From an uncultured Acidaminobacter sp. (GTDB lineage Bacteria; Bacillota; Clostridia; Peptostreptococcales; Acidaminobacteraceae): a stretch of DNA of 32,000 nt. Below the pieces are notes generated by a model. The model saw nothing but the letters and a program-made list of their open reading frames with translations, did no database searches and had not been told where the DNA came from. The translations under genes and the position numbers were made by a program. The stretch is from contig CAXXTS010000004.1 in assembly GCA_963676345.2 (NCBI GenBank), positions 384,375-416,374 on the forward strand. The letters run 5' to 3'. Within the stretch, counting starts at the first letter, position 1, and each line of letters starts with the position of its first letter. Of the stretch, positions 1-7,631 are shown in pieces.

Positions 1-697
1 CAGCTGTCGGTACCAAGAAGAAATCCTTTGAAGGAATATGGAACATGTCATCTTCAAATTTAGGAAGCTGTCCTGTACCTGTCATTGCACTTCTATTAAC
101 CATAAAAGGTGTCATGACCTCTGTAAAATCGTGATTTTCAGTATGCATATCCAGCATGAAGTTGATGAGTGCACGCTCTAGCTTGGCACCTTGATTCTTA
201 AGAACTGTGAAACGCGCCCCAGCAATTTTTGTGCCTCTTTCAAAATCAAGAATATCTAGGTCAGTTCCTACATCCCAGTGTGCCTTTGGTTCAAAATCAA
301 ATTTTGTTGGCTCGCCCCATGTACGCAGCTCTAAATTATCTTCATCCGTATTTCCTACCGGAGTTCCCTCGCAAGGCGTATTTGGAATTCCAAGAAGTAG
401 GTCAGCAAGATTTTCATCAATTTCCTTTACTTTGGCATCAAATGTCTTAACCTCTTCTGAGAGTTTTTTCATCTCTGCCATGATCTCTGTTGTATCCTTA
501 CCTTCCTTTTTAAGTGCAGGAATCTGTTTAGATACTGTCTTTTGCTTGTTTTTCATTTCTTCAACCGTGGAAATAATTTCACGGCGCTCTTTATCTAAGT
601 CTAGAACCTTTGACAGTCCAAAATCACCTTTACCACGTGCTTCTACGGCTTCTTTCACTGCGTCATATTCCGCTCTGATTCTTTTAATGTCTAACAT
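1..697 (-). CDS. serS: seryl-tRNA synthetase, N-terminal ~232 codons (3' end runs off the window)
   Basis: The reverse-strand translation from ATG at 697..695 reads MLDIKRIRAEYDAVKEAVEARGKGDFGLSKVLDLDKERREI...GQLPKFEDDMFHIPSKDFFLVPTA. This is the typical SerRS coiled-coil N-domain and start of the catalytic core. A GGAGGAATGA RBS lies just upstream. The + strand ORFs 207..800 and 229..450 are antisense artefacts. Confidence 0.93.
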   Translation of the reverse strand, partial: MLDIKRIRAEYDAVKEAVEARGKGDFGLSKVLDLDKERREIISTVEEMKNKQKTVSKQIPALKKEGKDTTEIMAEMKKLSEEVKTFDAKVKEIDENLADLLLGIPNTPCEGTPVGNTDEDNLELRTWGEPTKFDFEPKAHWDVGTDLDILDFERGTKIAGARFTVLKNQGAKLERALINFMLDMHTENHDFTEVMTPFMVNRSAMTGTGQLPKFEDDMFHIPSKDFFLVPTA

Positions 698-802
698 GTT
701 TCATTCCTCCTTCTTACGATTTCACATCAGTACACACAACGAATACTTTTCAAAATCACACGGTTTAAGCCAATCCCTTATTACAACCAGCTTAAATTAA
801 TT

Positions 803-1058
803 AAAAAAAGCTCCTCGTCCCTTATTCAATCTAAATGATTGAATAAGGGACGAGAAGCTCTATTTCCCGCGTTGCCACCCTCATTGATTGATCTAATATC
901 AATCCGCTTTCTTCATGCAGGGTATCGGCCGCAAACCGTTTGGCTTTCACCAAAAGACTCCAGAGTGGATTTCAATGAAAAAACACATCAGTTCACACCA
1001 ACCACTGACTCTCTAAACTGTTTTTCATTTACTTGGCTCTTTCATAGTCCTAATATTG
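803..1058 (-). promoter_or_regulatory. T-box riboswitch leader (Ser-specific) with intrinsic terminator, upstream of serS
   Basis: On the - strand the T-box motif AATGAGGGTGGCAACGCGGGA lies at + coords 868..886. It is followed by a long terminator hairpin, CTTCTCGTCCCTTATTCAATC / GATTGAATAAGGGACGAGGAG, plus a T7 run (803..860). An AGAGAG box sits in the putative Stem I. The candidate specifier is GAAA-UCC-A (a Ser codon). The variable base of UGGC would pair with the G73 discriminator of tRNA-Ser. Confidence 0.85.
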
Positions 1059-1064
1059 ACATTA

Positions 1065-1093
1065 AATATAGCACAGTTTTTTCCACCTTTCAA
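1065..1093 (-). promoter_or_regulatory. sigma-A-type promoter for the serS T-box leader
   Basis: The - strand reads TTGAAA-17 nt-TATATT, with a TGn extended -10 (TGC TATATT). It sits just upstream of the leader. Confidence 0.55.
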
Positions 1094-1113
1094 GTAAAAA
1101 CGATGAAAAGGCG

Positions 1114-1359
1114 CTATATTTCCTTCTTTAAGATATTGAATACCATTCTTTCAGCTTGTAGAAGTTTATGCTTCATTTTTTTAGGCGGCACTTTAAAAAC
1201 CTTCGTCATCTGCTTAAAATTCAATGGATTACTGTCACCAATACCATATCGCAATCTAATAATCTGCTCCATTTCAGTATCCAGCTTATTCGTTTCCACC
1301 AAATCCTGAAGACGAGATTCAACATACAGCAGTGCTTCCTTAGAAACCCCTTGCTCCAT
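1114..1359 (-). CDS. stand-alone sigma-70 region-4-like helix-turn-helix DNA-binding protein (81 aa)
   Basis: The ORF has an AGAGGTG RBS. The sequence ...MEQIIRLRYGIGDSNPLNFKQMTKVFKVPPKKMKHKLLQAERMVFNILKK resembles the region 4.2 HTH of sigma-70 proteins. Regions 2 and 3 are absent. Confidence 0.7.
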   Translation of the reverse strand: MEQGVSKEALLYVESRLQDLVETNKLDTEMEQIIRLRYGIGDSNPLNFKQMTKVFKVPPKKMKHKLLQAERMVFNILKKEI

Positions 1360-1682
1360 AAGAACACCTCTTTATCTATCTGGAACGCTTGTTTGTTGTC
1401 TGAAATATATGATCACCAATCAAGTACTTACTCAGCGACACTTCTTCTTCCTTTTTTATCCCCATTAGAGATTTGAACCATTGCAGGATTCTATTCATTT
1501 CTTCACCCACTTCGCTCCAAAACTTAGCATTCGAGTATTAAAGCCAGCACAATTTTAGAAGGGCTCATTGACATCCGCCCCATCGCACATGCCTCGAATT
1601 TTGTAAGCTTATCAAAAAACCAACAAACCTATTCTATTATATTTAAGTACCCTATACAAGTAAAATGTACTTAATAAGATTC

Positions 1683-2462
1683 TTAACCCAGCTTTCTATA
1701 TAAATTCAAAAGAGCATGCGACTGCTGGAGCATTTCCTCTGAGTTAGAATTAATGATTTGAATACGACTGGTCTCATTGTCTGCATTGAGTAGGTTTAAA
1801 CCATCTAGCTTATTTCTCAAATGTCTGACGGTTCCAAGATTTCCATCAAATATCTGCACATTATTGCCAAAGAGTTTTCGTACCGCTTCCTTTAAAAAGA
1901 CAAAATGGGTACACCCGAGGACAACTCCCTTGACCTCATTGGTTTCAATGCCTTCAAAACAAGCCCTGAGTGCATCATCAACCTGGGGCCCGTCAATTTG
2001 CCCTTTTTCCACAAGAGGCACCAGACTTGGACAAGGCACTTTCTTGATTGAACCAAATACATCTAACCGCTCAACCAGACGCTCAAATTTTTTTTCACGC
2101 AATGTAACCTCAGTGGCCATGACCGCAACCTGACCAGACTTTGTATTTTCCACAGCTGGCTTTAGTGCCGGTTCCATCCCGATAATTGGAATGTCGTATC
2201 TGGTCCTAAGTACTTTTATTGCAGCACTTGTCGCCGTATTGCATGCAACTACAATCGCTTTCACACCTTGTTCGACCAGGTAGTCACTCACCTTTACAGA
2301 GAGGTCGATGACTTCCTTGCTTTCCCGAACACCATAGGGTGCATTGGCTGAATCGCCATAATATATGTAGTTTTCAGTCGGCATGTATCTTAACAGTTCC
2401 CCAAGTACAGAGATTCCGCCCATGCCCGAATCAAAAACACCAATCGGTGCTGCTTTTCCCAT
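1683..2462 (-). CDS. murI: glutamate racemase
   Basis: 259 aa. The N-terminus IGVFDSGMGGISVL and the motifs VVACNTATSAA and VLGCTHF (the two catalytic Cys motifs) are diagnostic of MurI. Confidence 0.93.
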   Translation of the reverse strand: MGKAAPIGVFDSGMGGISVLGELLRYMPTENYIYYGDSANAPYGVRESKEVIDLSVKVSDYLVEQGVKAIVVACNTATSAAIKVLRTRYDIPIIGMEPALKPAVENTKSGQVAVMATEVTLREKKFERLVERLDVFGSIKKVPCPSLVPLVEKGQIDGPQVDDALRACFEGIETNEVKGVVLGCTHFVFLKEAVRKLFGNNVQIFDGNLGTVRHLRNKLDGLNLLNADNETSRIQIINSNSEEMLQQSHALLNLYRKLG

Positions 2463-2688
2463 TTAATTCACCACCAAAATTGTCGTACCCATATTATATT
2501 ATCAGAATGGCTTTAATACAATCCATATCTGCACCTTTATAAGCAGATTTGCCTTCCACTTCGCTTGTGTATAAACTATACGTATTTAGAGAGTTATCAA
2601 CATATTAACAGCAGGCTGTGAATAAATATTTGATGACACCCAACTTGACGAATACGTGTATAATAATAGTTGAAAGGAGATGCATCTG

Positions 2689-2895
2689 ATGAAACGCATC
2701 AATTGCAGAAAATGTATTTACTTCTATATCACATGGGATCAGACCAGACCTTATGGATGCAAGTACTTTGGTTTTAAAACAAAGCTATTTCCTTCCATCT
2801 ATGTTTTTAAAAGCTCAGGTGAGCCTTGCAAAGCCTTTAATTCAAAAGATGGCCCTCCCTCTTCAGACGGAGGCAATTTTCCACGTTATATCTAA
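2689..2895 (+). CDS. small conserved 4-Cys hypothetical protein (68 aa; putative zinc-binding)
   Basis: The ORF track gives 2680..2895. I prefer the ATG at 2689 because the AAAGGAGA RBS ends about 10 nt upstream of it. The Cys pattern is CxxC-x14-C-x23-C in MKRINCRKCIYFYITWDQTRPYGCKYFGFK...GEPCKAF. A hairpin terminator follows. Confidence 0.6.
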   Translation: MKRINCRKCIYFYITWDQTRPYGCKYFGFKTKLFPSIYVFKSSGEPCKAFNSKDGPPSSDGGNFPRYI

Positions 2896-2914
2896 TCCAT
2901 ACACGAGCCACCTA

Positions 2915-2950
2915 TCACACAGTAAAGCACCTGTGTGATTCTAATCTTTT
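2915..2950 (+). terminator. intrinsic terminator after the 68-aa gene
   Basis: Hairpin TCACACAG-taaagcac-CTGTGTGA, followed by a T-rich tail ttctaatcttttt. Confidence 0.55.
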
Positions 2951-3042
2951 TCAAAAGGCAAAAAAACGCACATTCAAGTTGAACAGACTTCTGCTATGCT
3001 TGCATAAGGCTAAAATACCTTGTGTTGTGCTTGATATATTTT

Positions 3043-3074
3043 AAAAAAAAAGCGAGACCGGGATTTCCGGTCTC
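3043..3074 (-). terminator. intrinsic terminator ending the nad/EIIC transcription unit
   Basis: Hairpin GAGACCGG-gattt-CCGGTCTC. On the - strand it is followed by a run of 9 T. Confidence 0.7.
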
Positions 3075-3197
3075 CAAAACAAGTGAGTGATTCAGTTGAT
3101 ATAAGGAGACAAAATGGTAAGACCATTCTGCCGAATATCACAATTTAAAATATTCCATAAGGCGAATCATTCACAACCAAATTTCAACTTCTCAGTA

Positions 3198-4229
3198 TTA
3201 TGAATGTAGTTTCATATCACCTAACTTTATCATACCACGTTTTCTCATAAATTCGAAAATGATAAATGATAAAATTCCAGGTAAAATGAAATGCAAAAGC
3301 CCCATTTTCATAATTATTTCAGACATTGGTGTAGATTCAGACATTGCTGCAAGTGTACCAAACTGCCCTACTAAGCCACTTGTACCCATTCCTGCACCGA
3401 TGCTATTAGATTCCATTTTAAAAATTGTAGTTCCCAGTGGTCCTATTATACCACTTGCAAGCGTCGGTGGCACCCAAATCATTGGATTTCTTATAATATT
3501 CGGAACCTGAAGCATGGATGTTCCCAGTCCTTGGGCTATAAATCCGCCAAATCCATTTTCTTTATAGGATATAACTGCAAACCCAATCATCTGCGCAGAG
3601 CAGCCAATCAGCGATGCACCTGCCGCTAGTCCAGATAATCCAAGTGAAATTGCCAGCGCCGCACTTGATATAGGCAGCGTTAAAATCATGCCCATAAGTA
3701 TAGCCACAATAATTCCCATAGGTACCGGATGAAGAACAGTAGCTGTATTAATAAGTTCTCCAAGTCCACGCATAATCATTGCAATCCATGGACTGATAAA
3801 AGTACCAATCAGGCCACCTACAATAATAGTCAGAGCAGGTACAAGCACAATATCTACTTTTGTCTTTCCTGATATAATCTTTGAAAATTCTGCTGCACAA
3901 AGCGCTGCGACGAATGCTCCCATAGGCTCGCCAATGGATGCAACAAATACACCAGTGTCAGAGATCTTCAAAGAACCCGCTCCAATTGCACCTGCAACGA
4001 TGGATGCAAATATACCCAGTGGAGGTGCACCAACGCTATAGGCAACTGCGCCCCCTATAGCAGGTCCCATCATAAACTGAGCCATCTTTCCATAAAAAAC
4101 AAGCTGATCCAGTCCCGAAAAATCACCAATCTGTTTTAAAATCAAACCAATGATCAAAGATCCAAAAAGACCCAGTGCCATGCCATTTAAAGTTTTAATT
4201 AAGTATTCTCGTATATTTAATGATTTCAT
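3198..4229 (-). CDS. PTS EIIC-like integral membrane permease (orphan; no EIIA/EIIB nearby)
   Basis: About 343 aa and very hydrophobic, a Gly/Ala-rich multi-pass protein (MKSLNIREYLIKTLNGMALGLFGSLIIGLILKQIG...) that resembles the PTS_EIIC_2-type family. The ATG at 4229 is preferred over the GTG at 4238 because of the GAAGGGAAG RBS. It starts 26 nt after the nadC stop. Confidence 0.75.
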   Translation of the reverse strand: MKSLNIREYLIKTLNGMALGLFGSLIIGLILKQIGDFSGLDQLVFYGKMAQFMMGPAIGGAVAYSVGAPPLGIFASIVAGAIGAGSLKISDTGVFVASIGEPMGAFVAALCAAEFSKIISGKTKVDIVLVPALTIIVGGLIGTFISPWIAMIMRGLGELINTATVLHPVPMGIIVAILMGMILTLPISSAALAISLGLSGLAAGASLIGCSAQMIGFAVISYKENGFGGFIAQGLGTSMLQVPNIIRNPMIWVPPTLASGIIGPLGTTIFKMESNSIGAGMGTSGLVGQFGTLAAMSESTPMSEIIMKMGLLHFILPGILSFIIFEFMRKRGMIKLGDMKLHS

Positions 4230-4255
4230 ATATTTCACTTCCCTTCTATAGCCTA

Positions 4256-5089
4256 CTAAAGGCGGATATTCATACTGATATCCAGTGCCTGATAGGAGTG
4301 GGTCAATGCCCCAACACTAATAACATGGACCCCTGTAGCTGCAATTTCGCCAATCGTCTGAAGGGTTATCCCCCCAGAAGCTTCAAGTACAACCTGGCTC
4401 CCATACAGCTCCACCGCACGCTTCATATCCTCAATAGACATATTGTCCAGCATTACAATATCCGCACCTGCTTCTACTGCAGTATCAAGTTCATTCAAAC
4501 TGGTCACTTCAACTTCAAGCTTCACCGTATGGCCAAGTTTGTTTTTAATTTTTTGAACCGCATGCTCTATACCACCAGCAGCTCTAATATGATTGTCTTT
4601 AATCATCACTGCGTCAGACAGACTATATCTATGATTAAAACACCCGCCTACACGAACTGCATATTTTTCAAGTGGTCTGAGTCCTGGCGTGGTTTTTCTC
4701 GTGTCTACTACTTTAGTTCTATAAGCTTGAACTTCTCTTGAGAACCTGCTAGATAGGGTCGCAATTCCAGACATTCTTTGAATCAGGTTAAGGGCCAATC
4801 TTTCAGCCTTAAGCATATCTGCTGCAGGACCTGTAACCTTAAACAGGAGATCGCCTTTATGAACCATATTCCCATCTTGAACCAGTACTTCGATTTCAAA
4901 GGCTTCGTTTACTTTCTTAAATACAGCTTCAAAAACCTCAGACCCCGCAATAATCCCATCATCCTTCGCTGACACTTCCGCGGTGACAATACGTGATTCT
5001 ACATCAAGTAGATCAGTCGTTATATCCATATAAGGCATATCCTCAACCAGCCACTGCTCAATTTGCCGGTCTAATCCTATAAATTTCAA
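4256..5089 (-). CDS. nadC: nicotinate-nucleotide diphosphorylase (carboxylating) / quinolinate phosphoribosyltransferase
   Basis: 277 aa, with typical QPRTase motifs: DITT near the N-terminus, DTRKTTPGLR, MIKDNHI, MLDN and EASGGIT. It uses a TTG start with an AAAGGAAG RBS. Confidence 0.93.
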   Translation of the reverse strand: MKFIGLDRQIEQWLVEDMPYMDITTDLLDVESRIVTAEVSAKDDGIIAGSEVFEAVFKKVNEAFEIEVLVQDGNMVHKGDLLFKVTGPAADMLKAERLALNLIQRMSGIATLSSRFSREVQAYRTKVVDTRKTTPGLRPLEKYAVRVGGCFNHRYSLSDAVMIKDNHIRAAGGIEHAVQKIKNKLGHTVKLEVEVTSLNELDTAVEAGADIVMLDNMSIEDMKRAVELYGSQVVLEASGGITLQTIGEIAATGVHVISVGALTHSYQALDISMNIRL

Positions 5090-5103
5090 AATGCATCTTC
5101 CTT

Positions 5104-6612
5104 TCAGCTCACAATATGGCTACCTAAGGATGCTGGTCTCCTTGATGCAGCCACAATAATTTGCTCTGCTACACAGGCCATATTTAGCACTTCTATCTCT
5201 TCTACACAGGTAGCTGATACGTACTCCAATTCAGTTAAAACATCTTTTAGCGCTTTTCTTCCCTGTTCAATCAATTCTGGCTTTCGAATAATAAAGGCAG
5301 ACTTTGTCAGAACTGATTTGATTTGATCTTTCAACACCTGTACATCCATAGCTTGCGTATTGTCTAACTTGAACGCGATACGTCCAAACACTGCGCGCCT
5401 ATCGAGCGATTCATTCAAGTTCTGCGCAACCCGTTTACCAAAAACCAGACCTTCAAGAAGTGAATTGCTTGCCAAACGATTGGCGCCGTGAACCCCCGTA
5501 CATGCTACTTCACCACAGGCATATAGTCCCTTCATGCTCGTATTTCCATTTATATCTGTAAGAATGCCTCCCATGATATAATGCTGTACTGGTCTGACCG
5601 GTACAGGACTCGTGGCTAGGTCATACCCTTCTTCCAGACAATTGCTGTAAATAGTCGGAAAACGGGATTTTAAATATGACCGGTCTAAATGACGTACATC
5701 AAGATATAGGGTTTCACCCTGTCTCATCTGCTCAAACATAGCTTCAGCCACTATATCTCTTGGTGCAAGCTCCTTAAGAGGATGTAGCCCATCCATAAAA
5801 CGCTTGCCACTCGAGTTGATGAGATATCCACCTTCACCTCTAACCGCTTCTGAAATCAAAAATGTTCTATTCTGGTTTGAAAAGGCAGTCGGATGAAATT
5901 GAATGAATTCCATATCTTTTAAGTCTATATGTGCTCTAATTGCCATACCTATTCCATCACCAGTCAATATTCCAGTATTTGTAGTCGCTGTATATAAGCC
6001 GCCAATACCCCCAGTTGCGAGTACGACATTTCGACTTGTGAATATTTTCTTCGTCCCCATGTGAACAGCTAATATGCCAACTGCCTGACCACTTTGTTCT
6101 AGAATGTCAACGGCTGTGGTATGTTGTGCAAATTCAATATTTTCTCGATTTTGTGCCGCTTTTAAGAGGCCACTTGTAATCGCTTCACCAGTAAAATCTT
6201 TATAGTGAAGCACGCGTCTTGCCGTGTGGCCACCTTCTCTTGTCGACAAAAGGTTTCCCGATGCATCGCAGTCAAGTTCTACACCCAGTTTAAGCATATC
6301 TTGAATGCGTTCATAGGCTTCTTCAATCATAGTGCGTACTGCTTCTTTGTCATTATAGGCACTTCCGGCTCTGAGCGTATCCTCAATATGAACTGAAATG
6401 TCATCTGAATGCATTGCTGCTGCAATGCCCCCCTGTGCCAAACTGCTATTGCTATCCATTACATTCGATTTTGAAAGAATGAGTATTCTGTAGCTCTGAT
6501 CCAGTGAAAGTGCAGTAAATAGACCCGCCACGCCAGATCCGACTATAATGCAGTCATATTGCTTTGCCCCACTTAAATCAATATCAAAGTTCATTGAGTA
6601 TCGCCGCTTCAT
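5104..6612 (-). CDS. nadB: L-aspartate oxidase
   Basis: FAD-binding N-terminus DCIIVGSGVAGL, then SxAQGGIAA and the HPTA and RGEGG motifs. The start is ambiguous: GTG at 6621, ATG at 6612 or ATG at 6594. I prefer 6612 because of its AGGTGA RBS. Confidence 0.92.
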   Translation of the reverse strand: MKRRYSMNFDIDLSGAKQYDCIIVGSGVAGLFTALSLDQSYRILILSKSNVMDSNSSLAQGGIAAAMHSDDISVHIEDTLRAGSAYNDKEAVRTMIEEAYERIQDMLKLGVELDCDASGNLLSTREGGHTARRVLHYKDFTGEAITSGLLKAAQNRENIEFAQHTTAVDILEQSGQAVGILAVHMGTKKIFTSRNVVLATGGIGGLYTATTNTGILTGDGIGMAIRAHIDLKDMEFIQFHPTAFSNQNRTFLISEAVRGEGGYLINSSGKRFMDGLHPLKELAPRDIVAEAMFEQMRQGETLYLDVRHLDRSYLKSRFPTIYSNCLEEGYDLATSPVPVRPVQHYIMGGILTDINGNTSMKGLYACGEVACTGVHGANRLASNSLLEGLVFGKRVAQNLNESLDRRAVFGRIAFKLDNTQAMDVQVLKDQIKSVLTKSAFIIRKPELIEQGRKALKDVLTELEYVSATCVEEIEVLNMACVAEQIIVAASRRPASLGSHIVS

Positions 6613-6625
6613 CCGATTCACCTAC

Positions 6626-6784
6626 TTACTTGGTTACATTAAGCATACGATCCAGCGCTTTGAAAGCCCCTTCGCGTACATCTTTTTCTACAGTAATTTC
6701 AAAGGTTTCCTCTTTTATCGCTGTATATACGTTCTCAAGAGATGTTTTCTTCATATTATGACAGGTTAAAAGCCTGAGAGAATT
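6626..6784 (-). pseudogene. nadA: C-terminal segment of nadA lying in a different reading frame
   Basis: The hand translation of the - strand reads NSLRLLTCHNMKKTSLENVYTAIKEETFEITVEKDVREGAFKALDRMLNVTK*. This is the conserved NadA C-terminus, including the third [4Fe-4S] Cys in a C-x-N-M-K context about 45 residues from the end. Its stop (6626..6628) sits 13 nt before the preferred nadB start (ATG 6612). Confidence 0.75.
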
Positions 6785-7524
6785 CTAAAATCCTTATCTG
6801 GATTTTCTTTACGAAGTGCGTGCAGTATGCCCATTTCTGTACCAATGATAAAAGACTTTTCACTGGAATTTTTCACATGTTCAATAATTTGAGCTGTACT
6901 GCCTACAAAATCAGCACGCTCAACCACTTTTGGATTGCATTCCGGATGTACAAGAATCGGTGCATGTGGTCGTGCAGCACGACTGGCCAGCAGTTCTTCT
7001 GGCTTGACGCGCTCATGTGTAATACAAAATCCTTCCCACCGGATAATTTCAGTTTCAGGAACCCACTTTTGAACATAGTGTCCAAGATTTTTATCCGGTG
7101 CGAATAGTATTTTTTCAGCATTCAATGATTTTACAACAGCTACAGCATTGGATGACGTACAACATATGTCACTGTGCGCTTTTACATCTGCTGATGAATT
7201 CACATAAGTAACTATTGGAATATCCGGATTAGACGCTTTAAAGGCTTTTAGATCTTCTCCTGTTACCATATCTGCCATTGGACATCCTGCATCAATAACG
7301 GGCAAGATGACTCTTTTATTTGGACTCAAAATTTTTGCACTTTCCGCCATAAAATGAACGCCACAGAATATAATCATGTCATGCTCTGTGTTCGCTGCAA
7401 CTTGGCTTAATTTTAGTGAGTCCCCTACAACATCTGCAATATCCTGAACTTCAGGAATCTGATAGTTGTGTGCTAAAATAATTGCGTTCTTTTCTTCTTT
7501 AAGTCTTTTAATTTCCTCTATCAT
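6766..7524 (-). CDS. nadA: quinolinate synthase, main body; truncated relative to full-length NadA by an apparent frameshift
   Basis: MIEEIKRLKEEKNAIILAHNYQ... matches the canonical NadA N-terminus. The first two cluster cysteines are present (FCGVHFMAE and ICCTSSNA). The ORF stops at 6766 after ...ENPDKDFRILSGF, which lacks the conserved C-terminus. The start is uncertain among 7524, 7539, 7548 and 7560. The ATG at 7593 overlaps the operator and is unlikely. Confidence 0.85.
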   Translation of the reverse strand: MIEEIKRLKEEKNAIILAHNYQIPEVQDIADVVGDSLKLSQVAANTEHDMIIFCGVHFMAESAKILSPNKRVILPVIDAGCPMADMVTGEDLKAFKASNPDIPIVTYVNSSADVKAHSDICCTSSNAVAVVKSLNAEKILFAPDKNLGHYVQKWVPETEIIRWEGFCITHERVKPEELLASRAARPHAPILVHPECNPKVVERADFVGSTAQIIEHVKNSSEKSFIIGTEMGILHALRKENPDKDFRILSGF

Positions 7525-7577
7525 ATGGATTTGCTCCACGTTCTTCATTCCTTTCAACATATATGACAACTGTAAAT

Positions 7578-7597
7578 ACAGGTGTCTTGTCACCTTA
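7578..7597. promoter_or_regulatory. candidate NiaR operator (palindrome AGGTG-N6-CACCT) upstream of nadA
   Basis: ACAGGTGTCTTGTCACCTTA lies between the niaR stop and nadA. It matches my recollection of the Firmicute NiaR (YrxA) box, but I could not verify that against a database. Confidence 0.5.
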
Positions 7598-7631
7598 AAG
7601 CGTTATAATAAGCCTATTACACGGCTTATTT

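Noticed and set aside
207-800. 197-aa and 73-aa + strand ORFs at the left edge
   Set aside because: They are antisense to a clearly recognisable serS reading frame. Their composition is low-complexity and Ser/Phe-rich, they have no RBS, and they are typical shadow ORFs.
839-1476. + strand ORFs 839..1309 (156 aa) and 1168..1476 (102 aa)
   Set aside because: They overlap the serS T-box leader and run antisense to the 81-aa sigma-like gene. They have no RBS and no recognisable motifs.
3114-3203. 29-codon + strand ORF (MVRPFCRISQFKIFHKANHSQPNFNFSVL) with a good AAGGAGA RBS
   Set aside because: It sits between the operon terminator and the 3' end of the EIIC gene, converging on it. No promoter is visible, and it has no hydrophobic or otherwise recognisable character. 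It is too short to support from sequence alone.
4220-4741. 173-aa + strand ORF, and similar antisense or alternative-frame ORFs inside nadB, gyrA, gyrB, dnaN (27941..28366) and dnaA (29087..29428)
   Set aside because: Each lies wholly within a strongly supported housekeeping gene, either on the opposite strand or in another frame. None has an RBS or motifs.
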